Shown here piece after piece: positions 40,965-50,920 of a DNA stretch of 64,000 bases; position 1 is the stretch's first letter, and every line of letters starts with the position of its first letter. The notes beneath the pieces were generated by a model that saw only the letters and a program-made list of their open reading frames with translations, did not search any database and had not been told where the DNA came from. This DNA comes from an uncultured Poribacteria bacterium. Its GTDB lineage: Bacteria; Poribacteria; WGA-4E; WGA-3G. The translations under genes were made by a program, and so were the position numbers. Where the stretch lies: NCBI GenBank assembly GCA_951813565.1, contig OX638351.1:4000001-4064000 (forward strand), in the 5' to 3' direction.

Positions 40965-41528
40965 ATGGGAAATTTAGATCAAATTGGGAAAGCGGCGCAA
41001 AAACTCATCGCGTTATGTGAGAAAGAAAAGCCGACAAAGACCGATAAGCAAAAGATGTTGGCACTACATACCGACATCCTTTCTGGTATTGAAAACCTTA
41101 CGGAATGTGAACTTTGTGGTGCCATCAGTGAAGTGATTGTAACAATGACATTGGCTGAAGTTACAGCGAAATTGTGTAAGGAATGTGGTCTTAAAGCGTT
41201 GGACGCTGGAAAAATTCAGAAGCCTACGTCACGAAAACGCACTCGCACTGTGAAAACGCGCAATACAGGTTCAAAGCAGGCAACCCCAAAACCTAATGAA
41301 GAAGTAGAGGAACCAGAATCCCCTGCGGCATTATATACTCGCGTGGAAGAACAGACCGGAATTAAGAAAACAGATGTCAAACGTCTACACAAAATTGTAC
41401 AGGAAATTGCCACACCGATGAACTTGGCAAATACCTTGACCTATGTGAAACGCGAGGTAGAAAATGCTAAACTGAAAGTGGATCAAGAAGCATTGGAGAA
41501 GGCAGTAGAAATCTTGACTGCTGCTTAA
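40965..41528 (+). CDS. hypothetical protein with Zn-ribbon (CELC...CKEC) and basic linker
   Basis: GGAGGTG RBS, its own promoter and two CxxC motifs. Confidence 0.7.
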   Translation: MGNLDQIGKAAQKLIALCEKEKPTKTDKQKMLALHTDILSGIENLTECELCGAISEVIVTMTLAEVTAKLCKECGLKALDAGKIQKPTSRKRTRTVKTRNTGSKQATPKPNEEVEEPESPAALYTRVEEQTGIKKTDVKRLHKIVQEIATPMNLANTLTYVKREVENAKLKVDQEALEKAVEILTAA

Positions 41529-41557
41529 AGAAGTATTAGACATACTCCGTTGTGTTG

Positions 41558-42529
41558 TTACCCGGTTGGAATATCCTTTACCCAAGCGCGATGCTCTTGA
41601 TACCATTCAACGAGTGCTGTGATCCCTTCACGAAAAGTCACCTGTGGTTGCCATCCTAAAAGTTGTTCTGCTTTTTGAATATTTGCCCACGTAGCGCGTA
41701 CGTCGGCAGGATGGAACGGTTGATGTGATAGTTCTGCCTTCTTACCGACGAGTTCCTCTATTAACCTAATGGTGTCAATTAACACAATTGGACTATCTGA
41801 ACCAAGGTTTATAACCGAATATCCCAGCGGTTTCAATCCTGCGATCACGCCACGTGCAATATCTTCAACATAGGTATAATCGCGTGAGGATTGTTTGCCA
41901 TCACCATAGACGATAACCGGTTTTCCCTCACTAATCCATTGGACAAAACGGAATGCGCTCATATCCGGGCGACCTGCGGGACCGTAAACGGTAAAAAAAC
42001 GAAATATCGTTACGTCAATGTCATAGAGATGGTGGTAACTATGGCAGAGCGCTTCTGCGCCTTTTTTTGAGGCAGCATAAGGGGAAAGTGGTCCGTCTGT
42101 GTTTGCCTCTTCACTGAATGGAAGCGGATTATTGGCACCGTATAAGCTTGAGGTAGAGGCTAACACAAATTTCTTTATATCAGATGTACGACAGAGTTCC
42201 AGTAGGTTTAGTGTACCTGTGACGTTTGTATCAATGTAGGCCCAAGGGTTTTCTACGGACTGTCGAACACCTGCACGTGCTGCAAGGTTAATCACAGCAT
42301 CATAAGAAAAGTTAAATATCGTATCTAACGAAGCATAATCGCAAATATCTACAGATTGAAAATGAAAATCAGAGAACTCTTGAAGTTGTGCAAGTCTCCA
42401 TTTTTTTATTTTCACATCATAAGCATCGTTTAAGTTATCAATTCCCACCACGGTATGTCCGTCTGCTATCAGGAATTCTGTAACTTTCCACCCTATGAAT
42501 CCTGCACATCCTGTGACAAGATATTTCAT
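41558..42529 (-). CDS. NAD-dependent epimerase (UDP-glucuronate 4-epimerase-like)
   Basis: VTGCAGFIG, LAARAGVR, YAASK and FFTVYGPAGRPDM; start MKYLV at 42529. Confidence 0.9.
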   Translation of the reverse strand: MKYLVTGCAGFIGWKVTEFLIADGHTVVGIDNLNDAYDVKIKKWRLAQLQEFSDFHFQSVDICDYASLDTIFNFSYDAVINLAARAGVRQSVENPWAYIDTNVTGTLNLLELCRTSDIKKFVLASTSSLYGANNPLPFSEEANTDGPLSPYAASKKGAEALCHSYHHLYDIDVTIFRFFTVYGPAGRPDMSAFRFVQWISEGKPVIVYGDGKQSSRDYTYVEDIARGVIAGLKPLGYSVINLGSDSPIVLIDTIRLIEELVGKKAELSHQPFHPADVRATWANIQKAEQLLGWQPQVTFREGITALVEWYQEHRAWVKDIPTG

Positions 42530-42649
42530 ACTAATCCTACTATTCTTTCTGTCTAACCCAATTATAGTGAACTTTGAAATTATTGGGACACTATCAGAAT
42601 GCTTCGTTTTGATAAACTTGTCTTGGAAAGATAATGGACAATAGAAATT

Positions 42650-42705
42650 GTAGCACAAACTTTTAGTTTGTGCCTTATGAGACGCAAACTAAAAGTTTGC
42701 GCTAC
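42650..42705. repeat. inverted REP doublet
   Basis: GTAGCACAAACTTTTAGTTTGTGC ... CGCAAACTAAAAGTTTGCGCTAC; an interrupted homolog lies at 44989-45193. Confidence 0.7.
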
Positions 42706-42810
42706 AGAAGTGTCCCATTAATTATAGGTTTTACTATAAATAGAATTCTTTTGAATCAACTAAAAAACGTGCTACTCTGGAGCGCCATCATAGAAGCGTG
42801 AATCGCTTTT

Positions 42811-43473
42811 TTAACCACTCAAAAACTTTTGCTGAACTGTTTCTGAAGCTTTCCTCACAGGCCTCACATCAGCAATAGCGGAGACGCGTCCCTTGTCATC
42901 AAAGACATAATCGCCCCGGTAGGCACGATTACAGAACTGATATTGAGGGATAATATTATCTTTAGTAATAGGCTTTGATGGATCTTTATGTCCTCGTTGC
43001 AATTTAACTTTGTCTTCACCATAGCGATGGCTTGCTTCTCCTTCCTTAGTCCCGCAAGTTGCACACCGCATATCATAAGCAGCTTTTATGTCCTCAAATG
43101 TCTTTGCGTTTAGTATACCTTCTTTCTGTTTTTTTAAAGTTTCCCATTCGGGTGAAGGTTTATAGGGGTCAAGAAGATGATTGCCTTTGCCGTCACTTGT
43201 TAGATGCCACCCATCCCGTTTTAGATGTCTAACTTGTTGATCTCCTCCTAAACCGGGTTTGTCTCGTTGGCAGACTTTGCTTATATCGTCTTTGTGAATT
43301 TCTTCACCTTTGTAGTAGTGTAAGACAGCAAGCCAGATAGATTTAGCTATCTGGTTATACCTTTTAACCTTAGGGATTTTCACCTCATGCTGTTTCAAAT
43401 GCTGCGCATAGATATTGCACAAATCTACTGATGACTTTTGTAAATCATCCGGCGTTGGGAGATTGTTGTTCAT
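42811..43473 (-). CDS. HNH-type restriction endonuclease, possibly degenerate
   Basis: CATCG...LQRGHKDP...NIIPQYQFCNR; overlaps the MTase gene. Confidence 0.7.
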   Translation of the reverse strand: MNNNLPTPDDLQKSSVDLCNIYAQHLKQHEVKIPKVKRYNQIAKSIWLAVLHYYKGEEIHKDDISKVCQRDKPGLGGDQQVRHLKRDGWHLTSDGKGNHLLDPYKPSPEWETLKKQKEGILNAKTFEDIKAAYDMRCATCGTKEGEASHRYGEDKVKLQRGHKDPSKPITKDNIIPQYQFCNRAYRGDYVFDDKGRVSAIADVRPVRKASETVQQKFLSG

Positions 43474-44413
43474 AAAATGTTGCCTTTATTCTCTCTTGTG
43501 CGCGATTTGCCATTTCAGACTCGATCTCATATCCGATAAAATCCCTGCCTTCAAGTATAGCTGCGACTCCAGTTGACCCGGACCCTGCGAAAGAATCAAA
43601 GACGATCGCACGGGGCGCGGAGAAAATGCGAATAAGATGCTGCAGTAAATCAACAGGTTTGGCGGTTATGTGTCCATATCGCTCTTTGGGCTTATTTGCT
43701 GGAATGACAGTTCCGGGGAATTGCGTTGCATTAATCAAAGGATTATCGACATCAATTAGTCCCGTTTCCCACTTATCCCAGTTATCCACAAAGGTGCCAT
43801 CTCTGGGGGCTTGTGCGAGGATAATCATTTCACCTTGTGGCTTCAGTTGTGGTGTTTTCCGTCCGCCTATTTTGCGGAGGAGTCTGTCCTTTTCCTCCTC
43901 TGGTAGTTTCCGCTTCCGAATAAAATGATCTTGCGAGAATGCTTTTGCTTGCCCTTCATATCGCCATATCAAAACGTCGCGTATTTCAAACCCTGCATCT
44001 TCTAATGCGATCGCGGTTCTATGTACAAGACGATTTTGGCTAAACACGAGACAGAATCCACCTGGGCGAATAACACGCATCCATTCTTCGGCGACAGGTG
44101 AAAGAAACTTTTGCAATTCTTGTCCCTGCTCAACAGAAAACTTCATCCCTGCTGGTAGTGACCCGATAACCCCCGGTTTCACACGGGCATCTAACTTTTT
44201 GGAGTTCCAATCATCCCCCATGCCATCAATGAAATAGGGTGGATCCGTAAGCACAAGCGAGACAGAATTATCCTCAAGTTGTTTCATTCCGATTCGACAA
44301 TCCTCATTTTCTATAATTGCAGTTAAGTCCTTATAAGGTGGCGGTGAATGGAATAACTTTTGCTGACGCGCTGTGGATAGGTCTACGTCATCAGTGATGT
44401 TTTCATTTTTCAC
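43445..44413 (-). CDS. beta-class N6-A/N4-C DNA methyltransferase
   Basis: DPPY precedes HITAKP and FAGSGST. Confidence 0.9.
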   Translation of the reverse strand: MKNENITDDVDLSTARQQKLFHSPPPYKDLTAIIENEDCRIGMKQLEDNSVSLVLTDPPYFIDGMGDDWNSKKLDARVKPGVIGSLPAGMKFSVEQGQELQKFLSPVAEEWMRVIRPGGFCLVFSQNRLVHRTAIALEDAGFEIRDVLIWRYEGQAKAFSQDHFIRKRKLPEEEKDRLLRKIGGRKTPQLKPQGEMIILAQAPRDGTFVDNWDKWETGLIDVDNPLINATQFPGTVIPANKPKERYGHITAKPVDLLQHLIRIFSAPRAIVFDSFAGSGSTGVAAILEGRDFIGYEIESEMANRAQERIKATFYEQQSPNAG

Positions 44414-44486
44414 AATTGGGTGTCTCCGTTTGTAATGGTAGAACGACCACCTATATTATATAGTTCTTTGTTCGTTTACTAAATAA

Positions 44487-44964
44487 ACGTGAGTTTGATA
44501 ATTAGACTTAAATGTAGATGTCCGTTGGGTAGAGCGAAGCGAAACCTATAGGCGTCAATTTAGTGCCTGATTTTCTTGTGGGAGGGCTTTCTAAGCCCGA
44601 TATTGTGAGACTCAAATCGTTATATCGGGGTTGAAAACCCGCAGCATGCCAAACGCGCATGCTGCGTTGATTTGGACAAATGCCAAAAAGCGCATTTGGC
44701 GTTGATTTGGCAGCATGCCAAACGCGCATGCTGCGTTGATTCGCTCCCACAATAGGATATATCCTAAAATTGACGCCTATGAGTAGAGCGAAGCGAAACC
44801 CAACAATTCAACCGTCTTGGAAGTAATTTAAAGTTGAGTTTCACTCATTTTCCTGTTATTTCGGCATCAAATGGAGAAAAAATCGCTCTTTTATGTCCGA
44901 TTTTTTGTTTATTCCGTTCTACCCAACGGACAGTGGTTATTGAATTTTATTATCAAACTCACGT
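44487..44964. mobile_element. MITE with ACGTGAGTTTGATAA TIRs containing nested elements
   Basis: Same TIRs as 48186-48345. Contains an ATAGGCGTCAATTT-TIR element (44548-44780), REPs and a micro-element trimer. Confidence 0.75.
44641..44742 (-). repeat. tandem trimer of 33-35-bp AATCAAC-hairpin micro-elements
   Basis: Units at 44641-44674, 44675-44709 and 44710-44742; the homologous uninterrupted REP region is at ~48509-48578. Confidence 0.8.
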
Positions 44965-45003
44965 TAAATAACCTAAGTTGCTACCTATGTAGCACAAACT
45001 TTA

Positions 45004-45116
45004 TGAAGATTAATTTTTTAATTCGGTAATTTTCTGTCCGCACAAGGCAGGTGTACCCACCTGCTGGCGAGGTTTCCTAACCTCGCTAAATTGCCGATTT
45101 ATTTTTTTAAACTTCA
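45004..45116. mobile_element. small MITE (TGAAG...CTTCA) with TTTA TSD in a REP loop
   Basis: Removing it plus one TTTA restores GTAGCACAAAC-TTTA-GTTTGTG. Confidence 0.65.
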
Positions 45117-45376
45117 TTTAGTTTGTGTCATAAGGGCGCAAACTGAAAGTGCTATCAACGGTATGAATGCCTTAATGGCATTCCCCGTGCTACAAAATCT
45201 ATGCTAATAGTGAACTATCCGATTAAAAAGGTGTTTTTTATGTCAATTATCTTGTAGGTAACAACTTGAGTTAAATAGGTAAGGTGGTTTGAGCAAAAAT
45301 GCTAATGAAACAAATGAGTATTAATGAGATACGTTCTGGTTAACGTTTCGGTTTCTGCTATCTTCAAGAATTACGC

Positions 45377-46234
45377 TCACTCACTATCTATCTGCGAATC
45401 ATCAAGCTGCTGTTTAAAAAGCGATAACTCCATTTTAGCTTCTTCACATTTTGTATCTATTTCTATTTCAAGTTCTTGTAGTCGCTTTTCCTGAAGGATT
45501 ATCAAATTGTCAACCTTATCAACTTTCTGCTTCGCATTATTAATATTATCATAATTTGTGTCTGAGCGGTTACAAAGTATCATTAACTCGCGATAGTATT
45601 TTATGCCTTGGTCTAATTGAGCCAATCCACCGTTAATATGTATTAGTTCAACGCGATACTGCTCTAAGTTTGCTCCTGTAAAGAAGCCAGAAAGTTTCTC
45701 TAAGGCTTCATTCAATTCGGTCAGCTGAATCTGTTTTTCAGACCAAAGTATCTTTTTAGCGATGCCATCAGCACTATCGTTGTCGATTATCGGTGCGTGA
45801 TTCCTAAGATTTTCTTGAAGTTGTTTTTCCAAGTCCCTTAACATTGATCGTAGATTTCTAATATCTTTTTTAAATTCATCGCAAAAATTACGAAATTCTG
45901 GAAATTTTCCATGGAGTTCTTGATGTTTCTGCTTCAGTTTTTCAACTTTTAAAATATAAGATGGATATTGAATTTTAAGATTCTTTGATATTTCAAACTT
46001 GAGATTTCGTAATTTAGTTGGACTTGGAGCGGTTCTTTCAAGACTCATCAGACCGCATAGAGTTGCCATTGAACCTGAAAATGAGAGAAGCATTGAACCA
46101 ACAAAAAATAGGATACTTTCCGCCGCTTGAGCCAATCCCAACCAACCTATTACACCAACAAATGAACCACTGCCTATGAGAACCATTGGAAAGGACAAAT
46201 ATTTTTTTATTTCATCTTTGGCTTTGGAATCCAT
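45377..46234 (-). CDS. hypothetical membrane-anchored coiled-coil protein (AT-rich)
   Basis: Two N-terminal TM segments and a long heptad-rich C-terminus; AGGAG RBS. Confidence 0.65.
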   Translation of the reverse strand: MDSKAKDEIKKYLSFPMVLIGSGSFVGVIGWLGLAQAAESILFFVGSMLLSFSGSMATLCGLMSLERTAPSPTKLRNLKFEISKNLKIQYPSYILKVEKLKQKHQELHGKFPEFRNFCDEFKKDIRNLRSMLRDLEKQLQENLRNHAPIIDNDSADGIAKKILWSEKQIQLTELNEALEKLSGFFTGANLEQYRVELIHINGGLAQLDQGIKYYRELMILCNRSDTNYDNINNAKQKVDKVDNLIILQEKRLQELEIEIDTKCEEAKMELSLFKQQLDDSQIDSE

Positions 46235-46287
46235 ATTTATCTCCTATGTGTAGCATAATATCTCAACCCATTATGGGCAAACGCAGC

Positions 46288-46818
46288 TTAAGGTTTTTCA
46301 GCTAATAAAGTATCAATTTGTTTCTTGAGTTCCATGTAAATTTCTGGTTTGAAATTCGCTTTGCGATGAAAGACAATTTTTCCCTGCGATGAAATCAGAT
46401 ACAGATTAGGCTTCTTTTTTTCTGTCCGATAGCGTTGATGTACTTGCCCTTTCCAATCCATTAGGAACGTCACGGGTGGAGGCTTTCTCTTTATTCGGGA
46501 CCGAATAAATCCTTTTGGTATAAATCCTGGTACGCTCCGCATATCCGCAATAATATAAGCGGTGACCTGTTCGTTATCCTTATAATCTTTCTGGAACGCT
46601 TCTGCCCATTTGTCATCTTCTTTCCGAATCTTTCGATTGCCCATAATCAGAAGAACAAGTTTTCCACGCAGCTTCTTCAAATTGTGCTGTTTCTCCTCAG
46701 CATCTTGAAGGGTAAAATCTGGCGCGACATCGCCTACTTTGGGCGGTTTATCCTCTGCAAGGCTTATAACACTTACTAACATAACGCAAATGAACAGATA
46801 TGTAGCAACTTTCATCAT
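46288..46818 (-). CDS. exported redoxin-fold protein lacking the catalytic Cys (YtfJ-like)
   Basis: Signal peptide and VGDVAPDFTLQD...LRGKLVLL. Upstream TTGACA-N18-TACAAT suggests a leaderless transcript. Confidence 0.7.
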   Translation of the reverse strand: MMKVATYLFICVMLVSVISLAEDKPPKVGDVAPDFTLQDAEEKQHNLKKLRGKLVLLIMGNRKIRKEDDKWAEAFQKDYKDNEQVTAYIIADMRSVPGFIPKGFIRSRIKRKPPPVTFLMDWKGQVHQRYRTEKKKPNLYLISSQGKIVFHRKANFKPEIYMELKKQIDTLLAEKP

Positions 46819-46870
46819 ATTTGCATTGTATCATAAGAGGTAAATTGATGTCAAGCCGATCCCGAACACC

Positions 46871-48468
46871 GGGTGTGTAAAGTTTTTGGCATGAATATCA
46901 CGCTGCTTTTGTGTTTGTATACCAATAATTATTCCATGCTTCATTTTTCAACAAACACCTCCACTTCAGCACAGCATTGATACCCGGTTTCTCCCATCTC
47001 ATAGCAGCTTGTTTGCATCTTTGTCCGACAACATGTTTACACGCACTTTCAATCACACCACTGCCAATCTGATACCCTTTTTCTCTAAACGCTTTATACT
47101 GCATTCGCTTCGCGTGTTTTTCGAAATACCGCGCTTCTCTTTCTAAAATATCCGATACTTCCGGGGTCTGTGTGTCTAAGCCACGAATGCGTGCGGCTAC
47201 TTCTGTAATGTTGCCATCATAAAGGATAGGTTCTGTCGTTTTTACCCAGTCTTGTATCGCCTCTGTTTCAGTCTCTCCGAACGCAACTTTAGCAACATCA
47301 TATAGATGAGACTTCGCATGCATATAATCCACAATCTCTACAGCATTGGGGAAGTATTCATCCGCTAAGTTCCATATCCACGCTGCACCATCACCAAGAA
47401 ACACAATCTCTTGCGTATCTATCGCTTCTTGGTAGATGCCACTATTGGTTGCTAACGCATATAACTCCTTACCAAAATGTGCCGCATCATTACGCGTTGC
47501 GACATAACGGATACTTGTCTCTCTCGCACTTGACACCGCATCAGAACCACATTGTGGATAATCTCTGTAAACACAACCGACTTTTGTCTCTTTCCATCCA
47601 TCAGTAGAGTTGGTGTAGCATCCATCACAACTTACATACCAACGCTGATTAGCCGCAAGTATTTGCGGTGCAACTTGTGCTGACACGCTCAAGTCTGATG
47701 ACCACTCAAGCACTTTTTCGCGCACTATCGTATGGCTCACTTCTATCCCTTGAAAAGCCAACGCTTTCGCAGCAGCTCTATAGTCAAAATGCGCCGCAAC
47801 ATAACACATCCGCTCTACGACACGACGCGTCCATTTACCTCGCAACTTTTGACACGCATCCCAAGGTCTATGATAATGACCCGACGCACAACAATACACC
47901 CAACGCTGCACCGGATCTTGCCACAAAGTGTCGTGATATTTACACCGCGTTTCTGTATCGGACGACACGCTTGTTCACATTGTAGACATTCAACAGGTGC
48001 TGCTGATTGCTGAGATGCTGCTTCTGATACACACACTTCCAGCAACTTTTGACCACTTCTAAGCATCAGGTCTCACATACAAGTCTCAGCTGCTTCTAAT
48101 GATATGCAACGGGATGACGAAAGTTCGCTTGCCACCTGAGCAATCTCTTCTAAAATCTCTTTGACTTCTGGGTTCTCTAATGATAACGTGAGTTTGATAA
48201 TTAACTGGACAGGCAAAAATTGAACAGAGAACGGGCATATTTGCTGAAAAAATCGTTATTTTGGTGTTTTTAACCCCTAAATCCCCCTTATCAGAGGGAC
48301 TTTAAGAGGAAATGTGGAAGTTCTAAATATTTATCAAACTCACGTTAATGATATATTAAACATTGGTATCCTCTTCCTTTTTTGAATTTATTAGGATAGG
48401 ATACCCATTTTTATTGTAACTCGCAATAACTCTGGACATCAGAGTTGCTACAAAAACTTTACACACCC
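46871..48468 (-). mobile_element. ISKra4-family IS with pseudogenised transposase
   Basis: Perfect 18-bp TIR GGGTGTGTAAAGTTTTTG; motifs GDGAAWIW, VDYMH and IGSGVIESACK. The ORF from ATG 48363 is broken by a MITE, a TGA (~48073-48075) and a frameshift (~47915). Confidence 0.85.
48186..48345. mobile_element. MITE (ACGTGAGTTTGATAA TIR, TA TSD) inserted in the transposase 5' end
   Basis: TA at 48184-48185 and 48346-48347; excision restores the frame MFNISLSLENPEVKE. Confidence 0.85.
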
Positions 48469-48752
48469 ATAGGTGTCAACTTAAGAAAAAAATGCTGGCT
48501 TATCTCTTGTGGGAGGGCTTTGAAAGCCCGATTTTTGAGACTCAAACCGTTATATCGGGGTTGAAAACCTTCTTACAAGAGATGATATAGTTAATGCCAA
48601 ATATTTACACACCCATTTACTTGCAAAGCATTAAGACCAATCGTGTAGCGGAAGAACATAATTTGGTTTAAACGAATCAATTATTATTTTTTGCGCTCCC
48701 TAAAGTCGGATTATGGTATAATGATTTCAGGATTAGTATAAGATTATGGAGA

Positions 48753-49805
48753 ATGGCGTTGATTAACGAAAGGGATCTAAAGGCACTCCTATTCCAATTT
48801 CAAGACCTGCGAATCCTCGTGATTGGGGATTTCTATCTGGATGCCTACTGGTATATTGACAAAACACGTTCAACATTATCGTTGGAAACACCGTGGCATA
48901 CCAATCCTGTGGTTGAACAACGTTATAGTCCAGGGGCAGCAGGAACCGTCACAAATAATCTCAAGGCATTGGGAGTAGGAACAGTCTATACTTTAGGTGT
49001 CATAGGTGAAGATGGATTCGGAGGAACACTTCAGGCATGTTTAGAAGAAAAAGGATGTCGGACAGATTTTATGGTGAGCGCACCGAAGTGGGTTACCCCT
49101 ACATATCTAAAACCTATTCACCGTGGCTATGAAGATGTTGAAACAGAAGGATCGCGTTTTGATATTGAAAATCAAGCACCGATGGATGATAGTGTTGAAA
49201 ATGCGGTTTTGGATGCGCTTCAAACGTGTATTTCACAGGTTGATGGAATAATCATTGGAGATCAGATGCCTCATCAGAATTTAGGCGTTATCACCAACCG
49301 CGTGCGCGAAGAACTGTGTGATCTTGCGGTGGTTTATCCCGATAAGATTTTCTTTGCTGACTCCCGTACGCGGATCGGAACATATCAAAACGTAATTATA
49401 AAACCTAATCGCTTTGAAGCACAACGCGTACTTGTTCCAAATTGGGACGGAAAATCTGTTGACACTGAATCAGCAAAAAGGTGTGCAGTCGCGCTTGCAG
49501 AACAGGCGCAAAACATGGTATTCGTCACACTCGGTGAGGAAGGTATTCTCGTTTATCATAACGATCAACTTACCCATATTCCCGGTATCCCGAATGCTGA
49601 CAAAACTGATCCTGTTGGGGCCGGAGATAGCGTTTCAGCAGGGATAGTTCCTACGCTCTGTAGTTTAGGCAGTGAGGCTGCAGTTCAAGCAGCATATCTT
49701 GGGAATCTGATTGCGTCCATTACTGTAACTAAGATAGGCACAACAGGCACAGCCACACCAGAGGAAGTACTGGAAAGATATCGGAGTCTAAATGAACGTA
49801 TTTGA
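48753..49805 (+). CDS. PfkB-family kinase (HldA/RfaE heptose-7-P kinase-like)
   Basis: VIGDFYLD, PGAAG, IKPNRFE, VTLGEEG and DPVGAGD. Confidence 0.85.
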   Translation: MALINERDLKALLFQFQDLRILVIGDFYLDAYWYIDKTRSTLSLETPWHTNPVVEQRYSPGAAGTVTNNLKALGVGTVYTLGVIGEDGFGGTLQACLEEKGCRTDFMVSAPKWVTPTYLKPIHRGYEDVETEGSRFDIENQAPMDDSVENAVLDALQTCISQVDGIIIGDQMPHQNLGVITNRVREELCDLAVVYPDKIFFADSRTRIGTYQNVIIKPNRFEAQRVLVPNWDGKSVDTESAKRCAVALAEQAQNMVFVTLGEEGILVYHNDQLTHIPGIPNADKTDPVGAGDSVSAGIVPTLCSLGSEAAVQAAYLGNLIASITVTKIGTTGTATPEEVLERYRSLNERI

Positions 49806-50577
49806 AGCAATAACCCAACGTCGCAGCTATCGTGGTGAATTTCAGAATCGTCCAATTGATGAAGCTGACCAGAATCGGTTGATTGAGGCGGCGCGATGGA
49901 CACCTTCCCCTTTTAACGTTCAACCATGGGAGTTAGTGATCATTCAAGAGGCTGAGGGAAAAGAGATACTGGCCGATATAACTCAACAAGCAATTATTGA
50001 ACAGTTCAAAGATTCCAAGTTTTTGGACGACAATAGCCGATGGATGTGTCTAAACGAAACAGAATGGCAAGACCGTGGCGATGGTGTTCTACTGAAAGAC
50101 CATGTTACCCTACCGAAATTGCTTCAAAATTGCCCTGAGAAACTGACAGGCAGCATATTGAAAGGGTTGTTAAAAAATGCGAAGTCGTTGGCGATTGTGG
50201 GGCATTTAGGCGCAGGTAAAATGCCTGCAAAGGAAATTGCTACACAAGTACGCGAAGCGCCATTGTTAGTATTGGTTACGATGAATACCGAAAGGTGTCC
50301 ACCGGGTGAAGGGGCAACCCGATGGATGTGGCTGAGCATGGGGATGTTAATACAGAATATGCTTCTCGCTGCGACATCGCGTGGTATCGGTGTGCAATTT
50401 GTCAGTGCGCCTTTAGAAAGCGAAGCGGATCGCGAAAATATCCGCCAACTTTTCAATATCCCTGACTATCATGAGGTAATCACGCTATTAAGGATAGGTT
50501 ACGTAAGTTCGGAGGGTGGAAGTTCTGTCAGGTTAAAACCTTCAGAGTTTGTTCATCATGAGAAGATTTCGAATTAG
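49792..50577 (+). CDS. nitroreductase family protein
   Basis: AITQRRSYR, ARWTPSPFNVQPW and QNMLLAATSRGIG. Confidence 0.88.
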   Translation: MNVFEAITQRRSYRGEFQNRPIDEADQNRLIEAARWTPSPFNVQPWELVIIQEAEGKEILADITQQAIIEQFKDSKFLDDNSRWMCLNETEWQDRGDGVLLKDHVTLPKLLQNCPEKLTGSILKGLLKNAKSLAIVGHLGAGKMPAKEIATQVREAPLLVLVTMNTERCPPGEGATRWMWLSMGMLIQNMLLAATSRGIGVQFVSAPLESEADRENIRQLFNIPDYHEVITLLRIGYVSSEGGSSVRLKPSEFVHHEKISN

Positions 50578-50920
50578 GAACTACTCTTGTAGGAGGGAGA
50601 CTTTGTCCGACCGATTTATGGTAGATTTTACAATTAACTGGACATGGTGATTCGGTGTTCACAAAGGGTCATATAGCTGAGGGGTGTGCATAAATAATTC
50701 AATGTCAAATTTATGCTTAAAGGTAGTAGGCACGCGCCGCGTGCCGTAACCAAATTCAAAGAGGCGCAGCATGCCACACGCGCATGCTGCGTTGATTTGG
50801 CAATGAATTGCGCGACTACAAACGTATCAAAAAAAGAAAATGTCAACTTATCTTTATACTTCACGATATAGCGATACTACATTCCAGAAAACCGAATATA
50901 TCTGCTTGAGAAAAAAGCAG

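Noticed and set aside
44641..44742. Micro-element trimer as a mini CRISPR array
   Set aside because: The units abut with no unique spacers and occur singly elsewhere.
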